DNA of 64,000 nt, taken from the NCBI GenBank assembly GCA_010405405.1, contig MU004238.1, forward strand, positions 1,127,530 through 1,191,529, given 5' to 3'. Made by a program: the position numbers and the translations under genes. The notes beneath the pieces were generated by a model, which was not told the DNA's origin, ran no database searches, and saw only the letters and a list, made by a program, of their open reading frames with translations. Source of the stretch: Microthyrium microscopicum (Eukaryota). Shown one piece after another: positions 1 through 12,485 of the stretch. Positions within the stretch are counted from its first letter, which is position 1. Each line of letters begins with the position of its first letter.

Positions 1-1
1 A

Positions 2-2868
2 TCAAGAGGGTACGATGTGTCTGCACAAGTCCTACCCGAGGATACTTTTCAGAAGCTTCCTGCTGTCTTTGAAAAGGTTGCGCATTTCCTAGGCTCAATG
101 TCTTACCCTGTACGCACTTCAGCAGCGGATTGTCTCATATCCTTCTTAGTAAATTGCATTCCAATTTCTGCGATCGTGGAGCCTTCAATATACGACGAGA
201 AACTACTCGAGAAGCTAGCAAAAGCTGGGATACAGCTACTCAGTGTCAAATATCAGTCCGCTTGGGAAGATGTATTCAGAGTTATAGCTGCGATGCTTGA
301 AGCATTTCACTGGAGATCAGAGACACTGCTCGTTGACGCAGTGAAAACTGTGGCCGAGTTGAGATCAAACCCAGGTTTCAATGGCAAGGAACAAGCGGAT
401 GCCGTGATATCCAAGGCAATAGGTTCAATGGGCCCTCAAAGAGTTCTGGAAATTCTCCCCCTGAATCTGGCTACTCGAACATCGGAACCTGGAAGAGTGT
501 GGCTATTGCCTTTGATGCGTGATTCTATTGGCAACACCAACCTCGCACATTTTCGCTCGGAGCTAGTACCTTTGAGTGAAAAGCTCTACACTAAGATCTT
601 GGAGCATGGAGAAGCAGAGAAAACTGTAGAGATCAAGATCTATGAAACCATCGTTCAGCAAATATGGTCTACCCTTCCAGGCTACTGTGATTTTCCTCTG
701 GATCTAGTAGATGTGAGTATTGTGATCCGCGCATTTAACTTTTGCTGACCGTATCTTAGGCTTTCGATCAGCCATTTGCCGAGCAAATATCCAATGTGCT
801 ATACCAACAAGTTGAGCTCAGAACCGACTTGTGTCGCGCACTCCAGATACTGATAGACTCGAATACCGACAGACTCGCCATGCTAGAAGATGAATCACTG
901 GCACTGCTGAGAGTCTCGAAAGCTGATGCAGAAAAGAACCTTGAACATATGAAAGGGTTTGCGAGCAACATTCTCGCCATTCTATTCAACGTCTATACTG
1001 AAACACTGCCCCAGTATAGAGGGCCTATTATCCAGTGCATCAATTCCTATCTCAGCATAACATCAGAGAATGATTTGATCGAGACGTTTGGTAGGGTCGT
1101 GACGATGCTGGAAGGATCGCTTTCGGAAACCAACGGACAGGCAAAAGGCAAATCCAACGGTGAACCCGCAAATAGTCGAATGCCTCCGCTAAATCAGACT
1201 CTCATGGATCTGGTTATTGCCATGGCAGGCCATCTTCCTCGGGCCAGTCTCGCACAACTTTTCAGTGTGGCAATGGTGATACTGCAAAAGAACGACTCGT
1301 TCCTACAAAAGAAGGCCTACAAGATGATTCCCCGGCTGGCTGAATCTGAAGTTGGTCGCCAGGCACTTCAAGAGCGAAGCGCAGAGTTGCAAGATCTACT
1401 CCTGAAGACATCAGAGAATGTTGCCACTCATGCTCGACGTGATAGACTACGTTCCATCTCTCAACTCATCGATCACCTTCCCGCAACTGATCTTCATTTC
1501 ATCCCTGCAATTCTTCCTGAGGTTGTTCTTTGCACGAAAGAAAGCAATACAAAGGCTCGAGAAGCTGCTTATGACCTACTTATCTCCATGGGTGAGAAGA
1601 TGAGCGAAGGCGGCACTATAGTTCAATCAAAGGTCCCTCATCTACCGGAAGGCGCTCCCACAGTCACAGCATCCCTAGACGAATACTTCACAATGGTATC
1701 CGCTGGTCTAGCTGGTTCTACGCCACTATCAATCAGTGCTACAATTCTAGCTGTCTCACGCATCCTCTTCCACTTCCAGGACAAATTAGCAGACAACACA
1801 GTCGGTGAAATCATTGAAACCATGGACATCTTCCTCGAATCGCAAAACCGCGAAATCGTCCGCTCAGTCCTAGGCTTCGTCAAAGTCTGCGCTGCCCGAC
1901 TTCCCCCAAAACTCCTCGAACCACGGCTCGCAAGCTTAATTCCTCATCTCCTCAAATGGAATCAAGAACACAAAGCTCGTTTCCAATCCAAAATCCGCCA
2001 TATCCTGGAACGTATGATCCGCCGTATCGGTCTCCCAGCCGTCGAAAAAGCAACCCCAGAATCGGATCGCAAATTCATCACCTCTATCCGCAAAGAAGTC
2101 GCGCGCCGCAAGAAGAAGCGCACTACTGACGCCAACGCATCTGACTCGGACGATGCGGCCCCACGACGTGCCAAGCACAAGCTCGATGGTGCCGTCGACG
2201 AAGCTCTCTATGGTTCAGACGACGATGCAGCCTCCAGCGCTTCAGATTCTTCAGACGATGAAATTCTTGGCAAGACACGCAAGCGTCGCGCGCCAGAGGA
2301 CAAGTTTATCGTCGAGGCCGATGATGAGCCACTTGATCTGCTTGATAAGCGGGCCCTTGCACACATCTCGTCAACACGCCCGCTGAAGGCGCGTGGTGCG
2401 CCAAAGAAACACAAGGCCACGGTGAATGCGGATGGCAAGCTAGTTTTCGCTGCTGATGCGTCTGCACAAGCAGATAGCGAGATGGCGGATGCTGATGCTG
2501 GCGCTCCAGCAGACGGCGGCGTAGATGCGTATGTTGCTGCACTCAAGGGCGGGAACGCGGCACGTAGAGGACAAAAGGGAAGAATTAAGTTTAGCAATAA
2601 ACCCGGCCGTGAGGCGGGTGATGAGGATGAGGAGATGGAGGAGGCGAGTTTGGGCAAGGAAGTACAGGCCGCGCGCAAACAGAAGAACGGGAAGGATGTT
2701 TCATCGAGCAAAGGAGGTTCTCCTGGTAAGGGGATGGCGATGGGAAAGAAGCTGGTAAAGGGCGGTGCGATGAAGGCACAAAAGGCGCAGAGACGTGGAT
2801 TGGGTGTTGAGAAGACGAGAGGTGGACGCGTTACGAAGGCTTCGTCGTCGCGGGTTGGTCGAGGGTGA
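2..2868 (+). CDS. RRP12: Ribosomal RNA-processing protein 12 (HEAT-repeat/NUC173), 5' end outside the window
   Basis: Frame is open from position 2. Intron 713..759 (GTGAGT..GCTGAC..TAG) joins ORF 17..748 in frame to ORF 796..2868. Family motifs GRVWLLPLMRD, QIWSTLPGYCDFPLD, QKKAYK, NREIVRSVLGFVKV and DEPLDLLD, plus a K/R/G-rich tail. Confidence 0.92.
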
Positions 2869-3706
2869 GGATGAGAATCAAGAGATAGTCTAGGAGATGT
2901 CCTGTGTCTTGCGGTATCCTAATGCTTGAAGGATTACTTCTTCTTTCACGAGTTGTTGTTTAGAGTATGTAGTATTGATGTCATGAACACTTTTTATTTT
3001 GTTTTTGCTGTCGACTCTATCTATCAATGCGTATAATCATATCAGTGTCTGTAAACTGTAGATGTCAACTGATATGCTTAATATGTCGTCTACTACTTCA
3101 GTTATTCTAGAGTAGTAAGTAAAACGACCACTCATGAAGCAGGTGGTTCGTTTGATCACAGGGGAGTATAAAATGCCCGGCTAAGAAGCGAGATGTACTG
3201 CTATATCATATATTGGATCTCCATCTGTCAATATCAAGGCCAATAGCCATCCTTGAGACTGGTCAAAACTCATGAATCTTCATAAAAACATTCCCGATCA
3301 TTTGCTATCTGCTTGGGTGATTGTCCAATTCCTTCTGAAGCAATATTTCTCGAGTTCTGATGAAAGTCCGATAGGGCATAGGCTTCTCCACACTTGATGA
3401 TATCAAAGTGTTTAGGCTATCTATGGCAAAGCTTGCAATCCAATATAGACAAAACCCCAACCAGTATGTCAGGCCTATAGCCGGGAAATTATAGGCGTCA
3501 TTCTAGATCGATCCCACCCGGCGATTGGTAACCTATATCGGGATTTCACAATGATCTGCCTATCAAAGATAGCAGGACCGCAAGGACTAGGGTAAATCGC
3601 GTGGAGGGCCATGTCTTTGGTAAATACACTCTGAATATATACTGTACCAGTGCCCGAATTGCGTTGAAGCTTTCTTGGCTTCTACTCTTTCCCATCAACC
3701 GCCACC

Positions 3707-4741
3707 ATGTCACTCACTCGGTTCCTCCAACGAGCCATTCTGGTCCTGGCTTTCTTTCTGGTAGTCACAACGTTCGCTCAACCTACCGAAAATCTATTAC
3801 AGAAGCGCGACGATGACGACGAGGACATTCCGACTTTCCAACCCTCGGCTCCACCAGCCGCAAAAGCTGGCGGTATGCTATACTTTCTTTCTCAAAGCAA
3901 AGGCGCCATCCTCTCCATGTCACCAACCGGTGGTACTCCTCGCACAATTCTCTCCGGTCTAATGACCAAGGGCCCCGACGGTATCACAGTTGACAAGGCC
4001 GCTGGACATATCTACTTCAGCAACATGAGGCCTGGTAGCATCGAGCGTGTCAACATTGACGGTACTGGGCGCAAAACAATCGTGGACACGGGCGTATTCC
4101 AGGTCGGCAAGCAGATTGTGCTAGTGCTAGAAGATGGTGTCAAGAAGCTCTACTGGTGCGCACGCGAAGGCCAAAAAGTCATGCGTGCCAACGTCGACGG
4201 ATCGAGCGTTGAGGTTGTCATCGATACCTCCAAGGACAAGTGTACTGGCCGCGAGTGCAAAAATGCGGTCGGCGTAGCTGTCGACACGAAGAATGGCTGG
4301 GTATACTGGACACAAAAGGGTGCGGGCGGCACAGGAAGCATTCATCGCGCCCCAACCAAGCTCCAGGCTGGACAGACAGCTGCATCGAGAAGCGACATTC
4401 AGGTTGTGCTGGACAAGCTACCAGAACCGATTGATCTGCGATGGGTCGATGGATATGGCTTATACTGGACTGATCGTGGGCATGCGGAGGGAGGTAACAG
4501 TGTGAGTCGCATGCAGATGGGTGCGGATGTACAAGCTGGAAAAGCTCAGTTCGCAGTCAAGCCACGACCTTTGGTTGAGGGCCTCAATGAAGGGATTGGT
4601 ATCGCTGTTGATCCAGTAGGACAGAAGATGTGGTTTACTGAGCTTGGAGGACGTATCTTCCAGTCGAATCTGGATGGAACTAGCAAGTCGGTGATCGCCA
4701 CTGGTCAAGGGATCTTGACGGGCATTGACTATGTCCCGTAG
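3707..4741 (+). CDS. Secreted YWTD/LDL-receptor class B beta-propeller protein
   Basis: Intronless 344-aa ORF. Hydrophobic signal peptide, LQKR Kex2-type site, and repeats of G[IV]xVD...[IVL]Y[WF]T[DQ]/N (IYFSN, LYWCA, VYWTQ, LYWTD, MWFTE) followed by xNxDG[ST]. Confidence 0.85.
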   Translation: MSLTRFLQRAILVLAFFLVVTTFAQPTENLLQKRDDDDEDIPTFQPSAPPAAKAGGMLYFLSQSKGAILSMSPTGGTPRTILSGLMTKGPDGITVDKAAGHIYFSNMRPGSIERVNIDGTGRKTIVDTGVFQVGKQIVLVLEDGVKKLYWCAREGQKVMRANVDGSSVEVVIDTSKDKCTGRECKNAVGVAVDTKNGWVYWTQKGAGGTGSIHRAPTKLQAGQTAASRSDIQVVLDKLPEPIDLRWVDGYGLYWTDRGHAEGGNSVSRMQMGADVQAGKAQFAVKPRPLVEGLNEGIGIAVDPVGQKMWFTELGGRIFQSNLDGTSKSVIATGQGILTGIDYVP

Positions 4742-5174
4742 TTTCTACCAGAAGGAGCCATAGCAATTCAGATAATAAACTCTAATATTACGAGCCGCAA
4801 AGGATGTGGAGGTTCCAAAATCCATGGTGATCCTCGTCCGGGTAGACTCCAGTTCTTCATGTGCTCAGCTCATTACTGGATGGAGTCTCCCTTGACTCAT
4901 GCTGTGTGGGTTATCTGTGAGATATCTGTGGGATCTTGTTCCGATTTGAATTTGTGAAAGCTCAAGATGACAGGTATAAACAATAGAAATGAAGCATCAA
5001 TAGACTCGAGCGACTCGAAGCTAGTGACTTGAACACGCCCTAGCCCTACAGCTCGGCACTTCATGATGGATCCTTATTGAGCTTCCGTTACGCCAAAATA
5101 TCTTTGGCTACAACTTACCGCAATTCTGATACTCTGCTGGGATTTCCTATTCGCAGCGCCCGGATGTCAGTCTC

Positions 5175-7367
5175 ATGGAGCCTTCTCCATTGACGCAGCA
5201 GTCAAGACCAGACACCTTCCAGCCCAAGATCGTGCGCCTCTACGAATCCTTATTCAAAGAGGAGGAAATCTCAAAGTCCGATGGCTTTTGGCAAGAATTC
5301 TTTCTGCTGAAGCCCGACCCGAAAAATCTAAGATCAATACTATCAGGCTTAAGCGCCGATGACCTACTACACTTTCAGGTAATTAGTTTTCTATTGTCGC
5401 GTGCTCAGTTCTGACCCCGGTAGGCCCATCCACAAGAATTCGTTCTACGATCCCTAAGCCGTGTAAGAGCCAACCTAGAACCAGCAGATGAGAACGCGCT
5501 CGAGGTAAATCTCCGTTTTTAACTGAACGACTCACGCTTACCCAGTAGACATTGACAGTCTTCCTCACCTCCGTCCTCTCGAAACGATATACGAATCCTA
5601 GCTCCGATATCATATCCATACTCGCAGGTCTTCATGATGCCGATGCGGTCTTTTCCGATTTGGTCACAACGTTAGATAATGTCATTCGCAATGGCCGGAG
5701 TGGTTAGTCGCCTCAAGAGCTTTCAAGGAAGAAAGAGTCAAGCTAAATATTCAAAGTACAATTGCGACAAAAAGCAGTTTACGCCGCCCTAGCTATGGTC
5801 TCTGGCGCATATTCTACAGGACTTGTTTCATACTTCACTCATCGGGACCTCTTTCCCTCGTTAATGAAGGTATGAAATTCCCATTGGGCATCTGTGTCAC
5901 TCTGACAAAGTCCAGCTCTGATTCGAGTATAGTTTGTTCAGGACTCCGACGATAGCTCCAAGAACTTTGAACCTTTCATACTGCTTGGACTTTTAGCAAA
6001 TTACAACAAGTTCGAGTTCCAGAATCCATACAAAACTCGTCTCGATGACTTTGTAAACGAGTCAGCAATCAAGCGTATAGTCTACAGCATTGGTGCTACC
6101 TGCGCCTCAGCGCGAGACAAATATGTCGCGGTTCAAGATGATCTTCCGGAAGGCTGGACTTTTGGAAGCACACTTGCGAGTGTTGGTTTAGGAGCATTCA
6201 CATCTGGTCGAAAACCGACAGCTCCAACCTTGAGCGCAGAGGAAATGAAGGTCCGATTTACGGCCTTGTTAGTTCTATGACATTTTCCTTCGGAATTATA
6301 CTAACACAACGCAGACCAGGTCCTGAAGCAGCTGTATTGCTTCCAACTTACGATTTCGCCAACGCCAACAAGATCTTTTCTTTCAACTTTGTCACCCTCC
6401 CGGCAGAGAACAAGTCACAACCTTCTCCAATTAACTCCTTCCTATCTCTGACATCCTATCTCTTCCAACATACTCATCGATCGATTCGAGGGGCGCAATA
6501 CACCTATCTTAGTCTTTTCACGCTTCAGACCGTCATGGAGGACCAGGTACTGGCCAAAAGAATTAGTAGCGACGAAAGTAAGGCGAATGTACGGCTCTGT
6601 CGGCAACGACAACCGTTCTTGCCAGTAGTACGTGGTGACCGTATCCTGGCCACTGTCATCTTGGATATCATGATCGACGGGATCAATCACAACCTTCGCC
6701 GGCGGCTGGACATGGACTTTTACATGTATGAATTGCTACCTGATGTTCGCATGTGCTCCTGACTAACTCGAATAGATCATGTCTAGGGATATTACTTCGA
6801 ATGATCTCATACCTTGGTCGATCGAAAACTCGGCTAACTTACCACTGGGCGGAGCTTTGGAGATCTCTCCTATCTTTCATTCGATTTCTCACAACCTACT
6901 CAAACGACATCAAATCGATACCCAAGGCCGCAGTAATGTTGAATGTTCTAGTCAATCTTAATGGCCTGGCCCTTTCTAGTGGGGAGGCTTTTTTGCCAGA
7001 CGCAGGAGCGTATGATGACCTCTTTTACAAGCTTGTAGAAGCGGGAGACATTCTAATCAAGTTTCGGGATACTTATGAAAAAGAACTCGTCAACCCAAAA
7101 TCTGGCGCGATCGACTCGCTTATTAGTGTGTCGCGGCATTACCACACCCTATTGGAAGACAGTAACAAAAGCCGGCCAAAGGGCAAGCATCTGAGTGCAC
7201 GGGAGGTGCAGAGAATCATACAGCAAGGCTATGAGACACTGTCAATTCAAGCCAAAGAGGGACTGGACCATTGGGACCGATTCCGGGAAGCGGATGAGAA
7301 GACGTCTCTCAAAAAAGCTGCTCGCATCGCAATTGAAGATGTCAAGGATTTGCTTGCATCTCGATGA
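5175..7367 (+). CDS. ARMH3/C10orf76-like armadillo helical protein (DUF1741)
   Basis: Seven exons join in frame via introns 5379..5423, 5505..5548, 5703..5756, 5870..5932, 6269..6314 and 6726..6775. Motifs FQPKIVRLY, FWQEFFLLKP, LLGLLANYNKFEFQNPY, YHWAELWRSL and YDDLFYKLVE. Confidence 0.85.
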
Positions 7368-7546
7368 ATTTGAAAACAGAGGTAGCATGATAAGTAGCGT
7401 TTTTAAAGGTTGGAGATGATACCCAATGCGAAATTTGCTGTCCATCTTCGAGGACATGGACCAATGAAATGAATAAGTATATCTTTATTTTGAAAGTGCG
7501 TCTCAACCTGGTCACTATCACATCTGCTGCTTCCATTTAGAACCCT

Positions 7547-9350
7547 TCACATTCTCACATCCTCGATGCAGAGTCGACCAATTCCGCTCTCATTGTCCTC
7601 TACAGCCCATCCGAAGAGCAAGGTCACACGCAGAAAGAGCAATCGTTGCTCGAGATACTCGATGAGCTCTGAGCTAGCCGAAGCAAGCTCTGCCGCTGAG
7701 CGTCCGAGAAGGTGCTCCCATGCCTGATGGGAGAGAATCATCTTACCAGTCGCTGAGCAACCAGTCTCGTCCATCACCGTTCCGAGCTTTGATCGTCAGG
7801 AAAAGATTAGCCGTGGACATGAGGGAGCTTACAATGCGTGGGTTCACTCTAAGCGGCACTTCTTTGTCACAGTGCTTGCACTTGCCAGCAATCGCGTTGG
7901 CATAGATGGGGATACCGCAACTGCGATGCTCAGTCAGAGAGCTGCACGAGAAATGCACTCCACAATCTTAACTTACCATTCATTGCCTAGAAGCATATTG
8001 CGTCGGTGAAGCTTAGTAAGAAATATCTCGTAAATAACTACGCTGAGATATCCCACGATGGGTTCTAGATCGTCAGTCACAGCACGTACGTTCCTGAAAG
8101 TCATGCAGCACATACCGGCATCATCAAGTCTAGCACTGGATGGAGTCAGCTGCACTTTTCGAAAGAGAAAAACTGCTTGTAGTGGACAAACATATAATCA
8201 ATATCGGCGAACGTGAATAGCATCTTAGTATCAGAGGCAAGAAACGAGTCAAAATCAAACACTGTTCACGATTTAGTCACCTATCACTCATATCACACAA
8301 AGCGTACCTCCAGCTGGAATAGTGGGATTCACGTGAGACTTTTTGATCATGCGCTGGGCGAAAGCTCGAAGCCAGAATGCATCAGAGATAGCTGGATCGA
8401 TGTCCACTATGGTATGGTTCTTTAAGCTCAGCCACACGCTCTTTCCTGGGTTGTAGCCTGGTCGAGTCAAGAGAAGTACGGTATGAGATGCTTTCCAGTT
8501 TGCAGCAGAAGCTGTCATTGGACCCCAGAGACTGAATGTTGCTTCCGTGGTGTCGTCGAAGACCATAACTTTGACGAGGTCGTTGACGTCGCCTCCTTTC
8601 TTTGTGGCAACTGCAATGTTTAGATTCATTCATGCTTGTGGAATATTGCATACCCTTGCGTTTGGCTCCCACTCCCTTGACGCAGACGAGTACTCGAGAA
8701 TTTGGTACTTCGTATCCTCCTTCGGCAAAGTTCTTCAGTGTCATCAGCTCTGGTAGCGCATTGCCTTCGCAGTACTCCAGCGGCTTCTTGTACTGGAGAC
8801 CCTGATCACCACTCTCGTGTATCTTGAAGTGACAGCTTCGATCTCGCTCCGGAAAGATACTGACAAACATGGGCGCCTGAGGGACAGCAAGAGAGCCGTG
8901 GTCTCCATTGGAAACATGAGGAGTCCAGATGGAGACTATCTGCCCCAGCTGGAGCTTGTACTCCATGTGAGAGTACCACAAGCGAACCTGAAGTCAAGTT
9001 AGCGTGCTGAACCGGTGGCTTCATCAGCTACTTACAGTCATGACGCCGGTATCATCTTTCACCAGCAGTCTCAGACAGCCCTTGGCTGACTGCGGGCGCT
9101 TCTGGGTTGCTGGCTGATTGTAGAAGTTGACGATGCGGCCAGTGATCAGGACACATCGCGGTCCGGCGTCCAACTCGTCAATATCGACGTGCTCATAAGG
9201 TGCATCTGGCGTCCACGTATTGTCTACTTGTGGATGCAATACAGATTCAATCTCTTCCTGTGTGAAGCCTTCGCCAGGTTCGCAAGCTAGTGATGTGTTG
9301 GTAGGTCTCTGTTGAAAGAATGACTCTATGGCGGCATTTTGGGGAGCCAT
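7547..9350 (-). CDS. Multi-OB-fold ssDNA-binding protein with C-terminal Cys cluster, MEIOB-like
   Basis: Exons join in frame via introns 8988..9035, 8611..8653, 8262..8307, 8136..8191, 8065..8115, 7921..7976 and 7787..7832 (20-nt micro-exon 8116..8135). OB-like segments LITGRIVN..LLVKDDTG..RLW and VLVCVKGVG..VMVFDDT..SLWG..W..SHTVLL..TIVDIDP; CC-GIP..CKHC Zn-ribbon; VMDETG. Confidence 0.75.
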
Positions 9351-9743
9351 AGCTAATGGAATATCGAGAATGGGAGTAATTAGGTAAACAGGAACTTTTA
9401 CATTTTCGTAAGAAGCTGGGAGACAATCTGGCATGGGTGGAGTTAGAATAAGGTTTGGGCAAGAACCACTTTGGGAAGCCACGATGGACTCGACCAACGC
9501 TCAAGGTTCTGGAAAGATCGACAACTTTACTTGGTGCTTTATTATGGGCTTGTTACATGGAAAAGTAACTTCATTCAAGGAGTACAAAGCCTTAGAAGCA
9601 AATTATTACACACTATTATGCAGTGTTGTTTACCCCTGAATCCTAACAATTGAAGACTGGAATTGCGCAGAACGCGCATTCTGAAAAGTCCAGACAGCCT
9701 CTTCAAACGCAATTTCCGAAGCAAACATATCATATACCATCCC

Positions 9744-10920
9744 TCAAGTTCTAAGGATATTCAGGATCTCCTTAGCCTTCTCCAGTATCGTCATTTTTCT
9801 ACCACCGGCTTGAGAACCGCCAATTCCAACGGCTGACTTGCGTCGGGAGCCCTCCCGCAAGTTTGAGTGAACCCGACGACGACCATTGGAAGTCGCATGC
9901 GTACAATAGACTGCTAGAGATGGCTCTGATGAGAGAGGCTCAACACGATCGCCCCAGAAGGAGGTCTCGAACAGATCGGCATAGTTTGGATCGGCGGCAA
10001 TTTGATGGAAGAGGGCAAACATTTCGTCAGACCAAAGGTCGAGGAAATAGCCGTGAGATCGAAGGAAAAGACGAGCATCAGCCTCATCATCAGTAGTTAA
10101 GGCATCAATACCGAACCCAGCGCTGATACGAATCAGATGTGAGACCATGTAGTCTGGCGCATAATCGATAGCGCCGACACGGAAAACGCTATGGATCTTG
10201 ACAGCTTGTAGAAAGATGAGGCGCTGTGGGAGAGATAGGCCAGATCGAAGGCTTTCGTCCCGGAGCTCCAGATCCTCTCTCATTAGATCCAGCACAACCT
10301 CCGCATGCTGACGTGAAGATGCCATGAGGAAGTAGAATTCACGGAGCTGGTCGTCGGCTAGGCGATGGGTCTTGCTGACTTCGAGGATTCGTTCGACGGT
10401 TTTGACCCAATCGCGATCTCCGTGCTTGCCAGTCAAGTTTTGGTAGCGATGAGGGCGTAGGTCTCGATGAAGACGGTACTCGGAGTAGGAATTTAGTGAT
10501 CGTTGAAGACGGGGATCGAATTCGCGACGAGCTTGACTCTCATCCCATTGTACATGTCGCTCAGCAGCGTCGCCATGATCGCTGGGGACGGGGCTTGGGC
10601 TTCGTGACAGAGATCGTCCGCGTGAAGAAGCGCTGCGCAATGACACTCTACCACGAGAGCGGCTTCGAGATCGCGCTCGGCCACGAGACAGGCTGCGCTC
10701 AGGACGTTCTGCGGAGCCGTCGTTGGAAGCTACGTCAAAGAGTGGTACTGAGAACCGTTAGCAGGCTGATGGAATTACTTAGAAAGCTCATCGTAGAGTC
10801 AAATGGACAAAGGCACTTCGTAGTGTTTATCATCGTTCATGTAGTAAGAGCGGCAAGATTATTCTGCGATCGGGTCTGAGACTTACAGTTGTGTCGCCCG
10901 GAACGATCAGTAGAAGACAT
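9744..10920 (-). CDS. Hypothetical protein with RS-rich N-terminus
   Basis: ATG 10920 exon (MSSTDRSGRHN). Intron 10748..10886 (GTAAGT..GCTAAC..CAG) is phase-compatible with the 300-aa ORF 9744..10646 and gives SRGRARSRSRSRGRVSLRSASSRGRSLSRSPSP. No family recognised. Confidence 0.7.
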
Positions 10921-11294
10921 GTTTGCAACGACTGTATTAGTGGTAAAGGAAATTGAATTGACACAGTTCGAATGTAGAGCGTGGATATGGTATAAGGTAT
11001 ATCATTAAATACGGTGCAACTCGAGTCTAGAAATAGTTGCTTCAAGTATTCCATCAGTGAATCCAAACCGTAAGCCTCAAACTCGTTGGTCACTTCGTCC
11101 ACCTCGATACCTTTCTCACGCCCAAATGACTCGTTTTGGTCACTGAGACACCATTGAACAACCTCCAGCGGTTCTATTGATACCCCCTCTGGTTTGGCAC
11201 CTTCAATCACTCTTGTCTGCCATTATTGTTTTGTAACGGGTCCAGAGTCACTGGGACACTAGATTATCCCCCCCCTATCGAGCCATTGATGCAG

Positions 11295-11822
11295 TTACCG
11301 ATGGCGTTGCGCGTGGTACGCTGCGCCAGTCATCAACGCTAGTTCTGTGGGATCGATTGGCCGAGTATTGACTTCATCGCAAGGCAGGTGAAGGGCGTAG
11401 ATAGGTGGTTTTCGTTCTTTTGATTGTTGTCGCTGTTCTGCTGGTCCATTTGCTGCTTTTGATGCATTCGAGGCTTCTCTACCAAGTGACGATTGAGCCT
11501 GGCGAGATCCCTCTGGTAGGTTTTGTGACTGTGATGAAGCCGTTGTCTTTGATTGACGCAGTGCTTTTAGTTGCTCGAGTATCTCCACACGATTCACTGG
11601 ATGGCTGCGTAGAGGATGTCCCCGTTCGCCTGAGTATTCTGGCTGAATTGCATGATGTATCAAGCACAGGGGAGAAACTGAGTGGTGACTTTGCGACTGG
11701 TCGCTGTGCTGTGAAGCCGGTGATGATGTGTCTCCGTCGATATCTTTTGCAAGAGGAGTGGGTTCGCTGATACTGGGTCTATGGTGCTTTCGCGCAGCTG
11801 GGCGGGAGAAAAAGCTTCCCAT
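11295..11822 (-). CDS. Hypothetical low-complexity protein with possible N-myristoylation (MGSFFS)
   Basis: Likely start MGSFFSRP at 11822 inside ORF 11295..12146, giving 175 aa. The 3' end is uncertain because a GTAACT donor at 11298 overlaps the stop codon. Confidence 0.5.
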   Translation of the reverse strand: MGSFFSRPAARKHHRPSISEPTPLAKDIDGDTSSPASQHSDQSQSHHSVSPLCLIHHAIQPEYSGERGHPLRSHPVNRVEILEQLKALRQSKTTASSQSQNLPEGSRQAQSSLGREASNASKAANGPAEQRQQSKERKPPIYALHLPCDEVNTRPIDPTELALMTGAAYHAQRHR

Positions 11823-12485
11823 GACGTTGATTGGATGTATCGAGTGTTTTGGGGCTTTGAAAGTAGGTATCGATTCTTTGGAGCACCTCTTGGCGAATTC
11901 GAAGGTGTGGGAGTCAGTGGGGCTTTTGGAAGTTGGAACGTATGGAGCATATGGGACGTTTGAAAGGTTTGACAATGTTGTAACGATTGTAACGTTTGGG
12001 AAGTTGGATCCTGACAGATTGGAGTTGGTCGCATCAACATCGTTATGGTCTATAGACCTGATGAGTGACTGGAGGGTGCTTTCACAAGTGTGGGACATCA
12101 ACAAATAGTCTCCTTGCGCCGAGTTCACCCTCCTATTCACCTCCAATCCCTTGCCATGGCGACAGGTGTGGTGTTGTATGAAATGCTAGCAACTTCCATC
12201 CGACTTGATGATAGGGAGACTGTTCCCAGTACGTTAGAACTCCAGGTCCTTAGGAACCTCTTTCAACAACTCCGCGATTGTGATGGTATCTTCTAACAGG
12301 GATCGTGGCGTTCATCCCAAGTTGCCTAACTATGATTCAGCTCTGATAGACCCCAGATCGTGTATTCTTTGCGTGCCTCTATACACCAGGCGGGATGTAT
12401 TTGAACTTCTCACAACTATTTCATGGCATCGGTGCCATCGCCAATGCGTTGATATCAGAGTGCACTCGTCACCCATTTCCCCTCA

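Noticed and set aside
2208..2711. Antisense 167-aa ORF, and similar antisense or alternate-frame ORFs within DNF3, APC1, FATP, the DCAF7-like gene and the 124-aa gene
   Set aside because: Shadow ORFs of well-supported genes with biased codon usage; no motifs of their own.
3122..3153. Imperfect hairpin AAACGACCAC..GTGGTTCGTTT downstream of RRP12
   Set aside because: Short, bulged and single-copy, with no tRNA cloverleaf or MITE-like target-site duplication evident.
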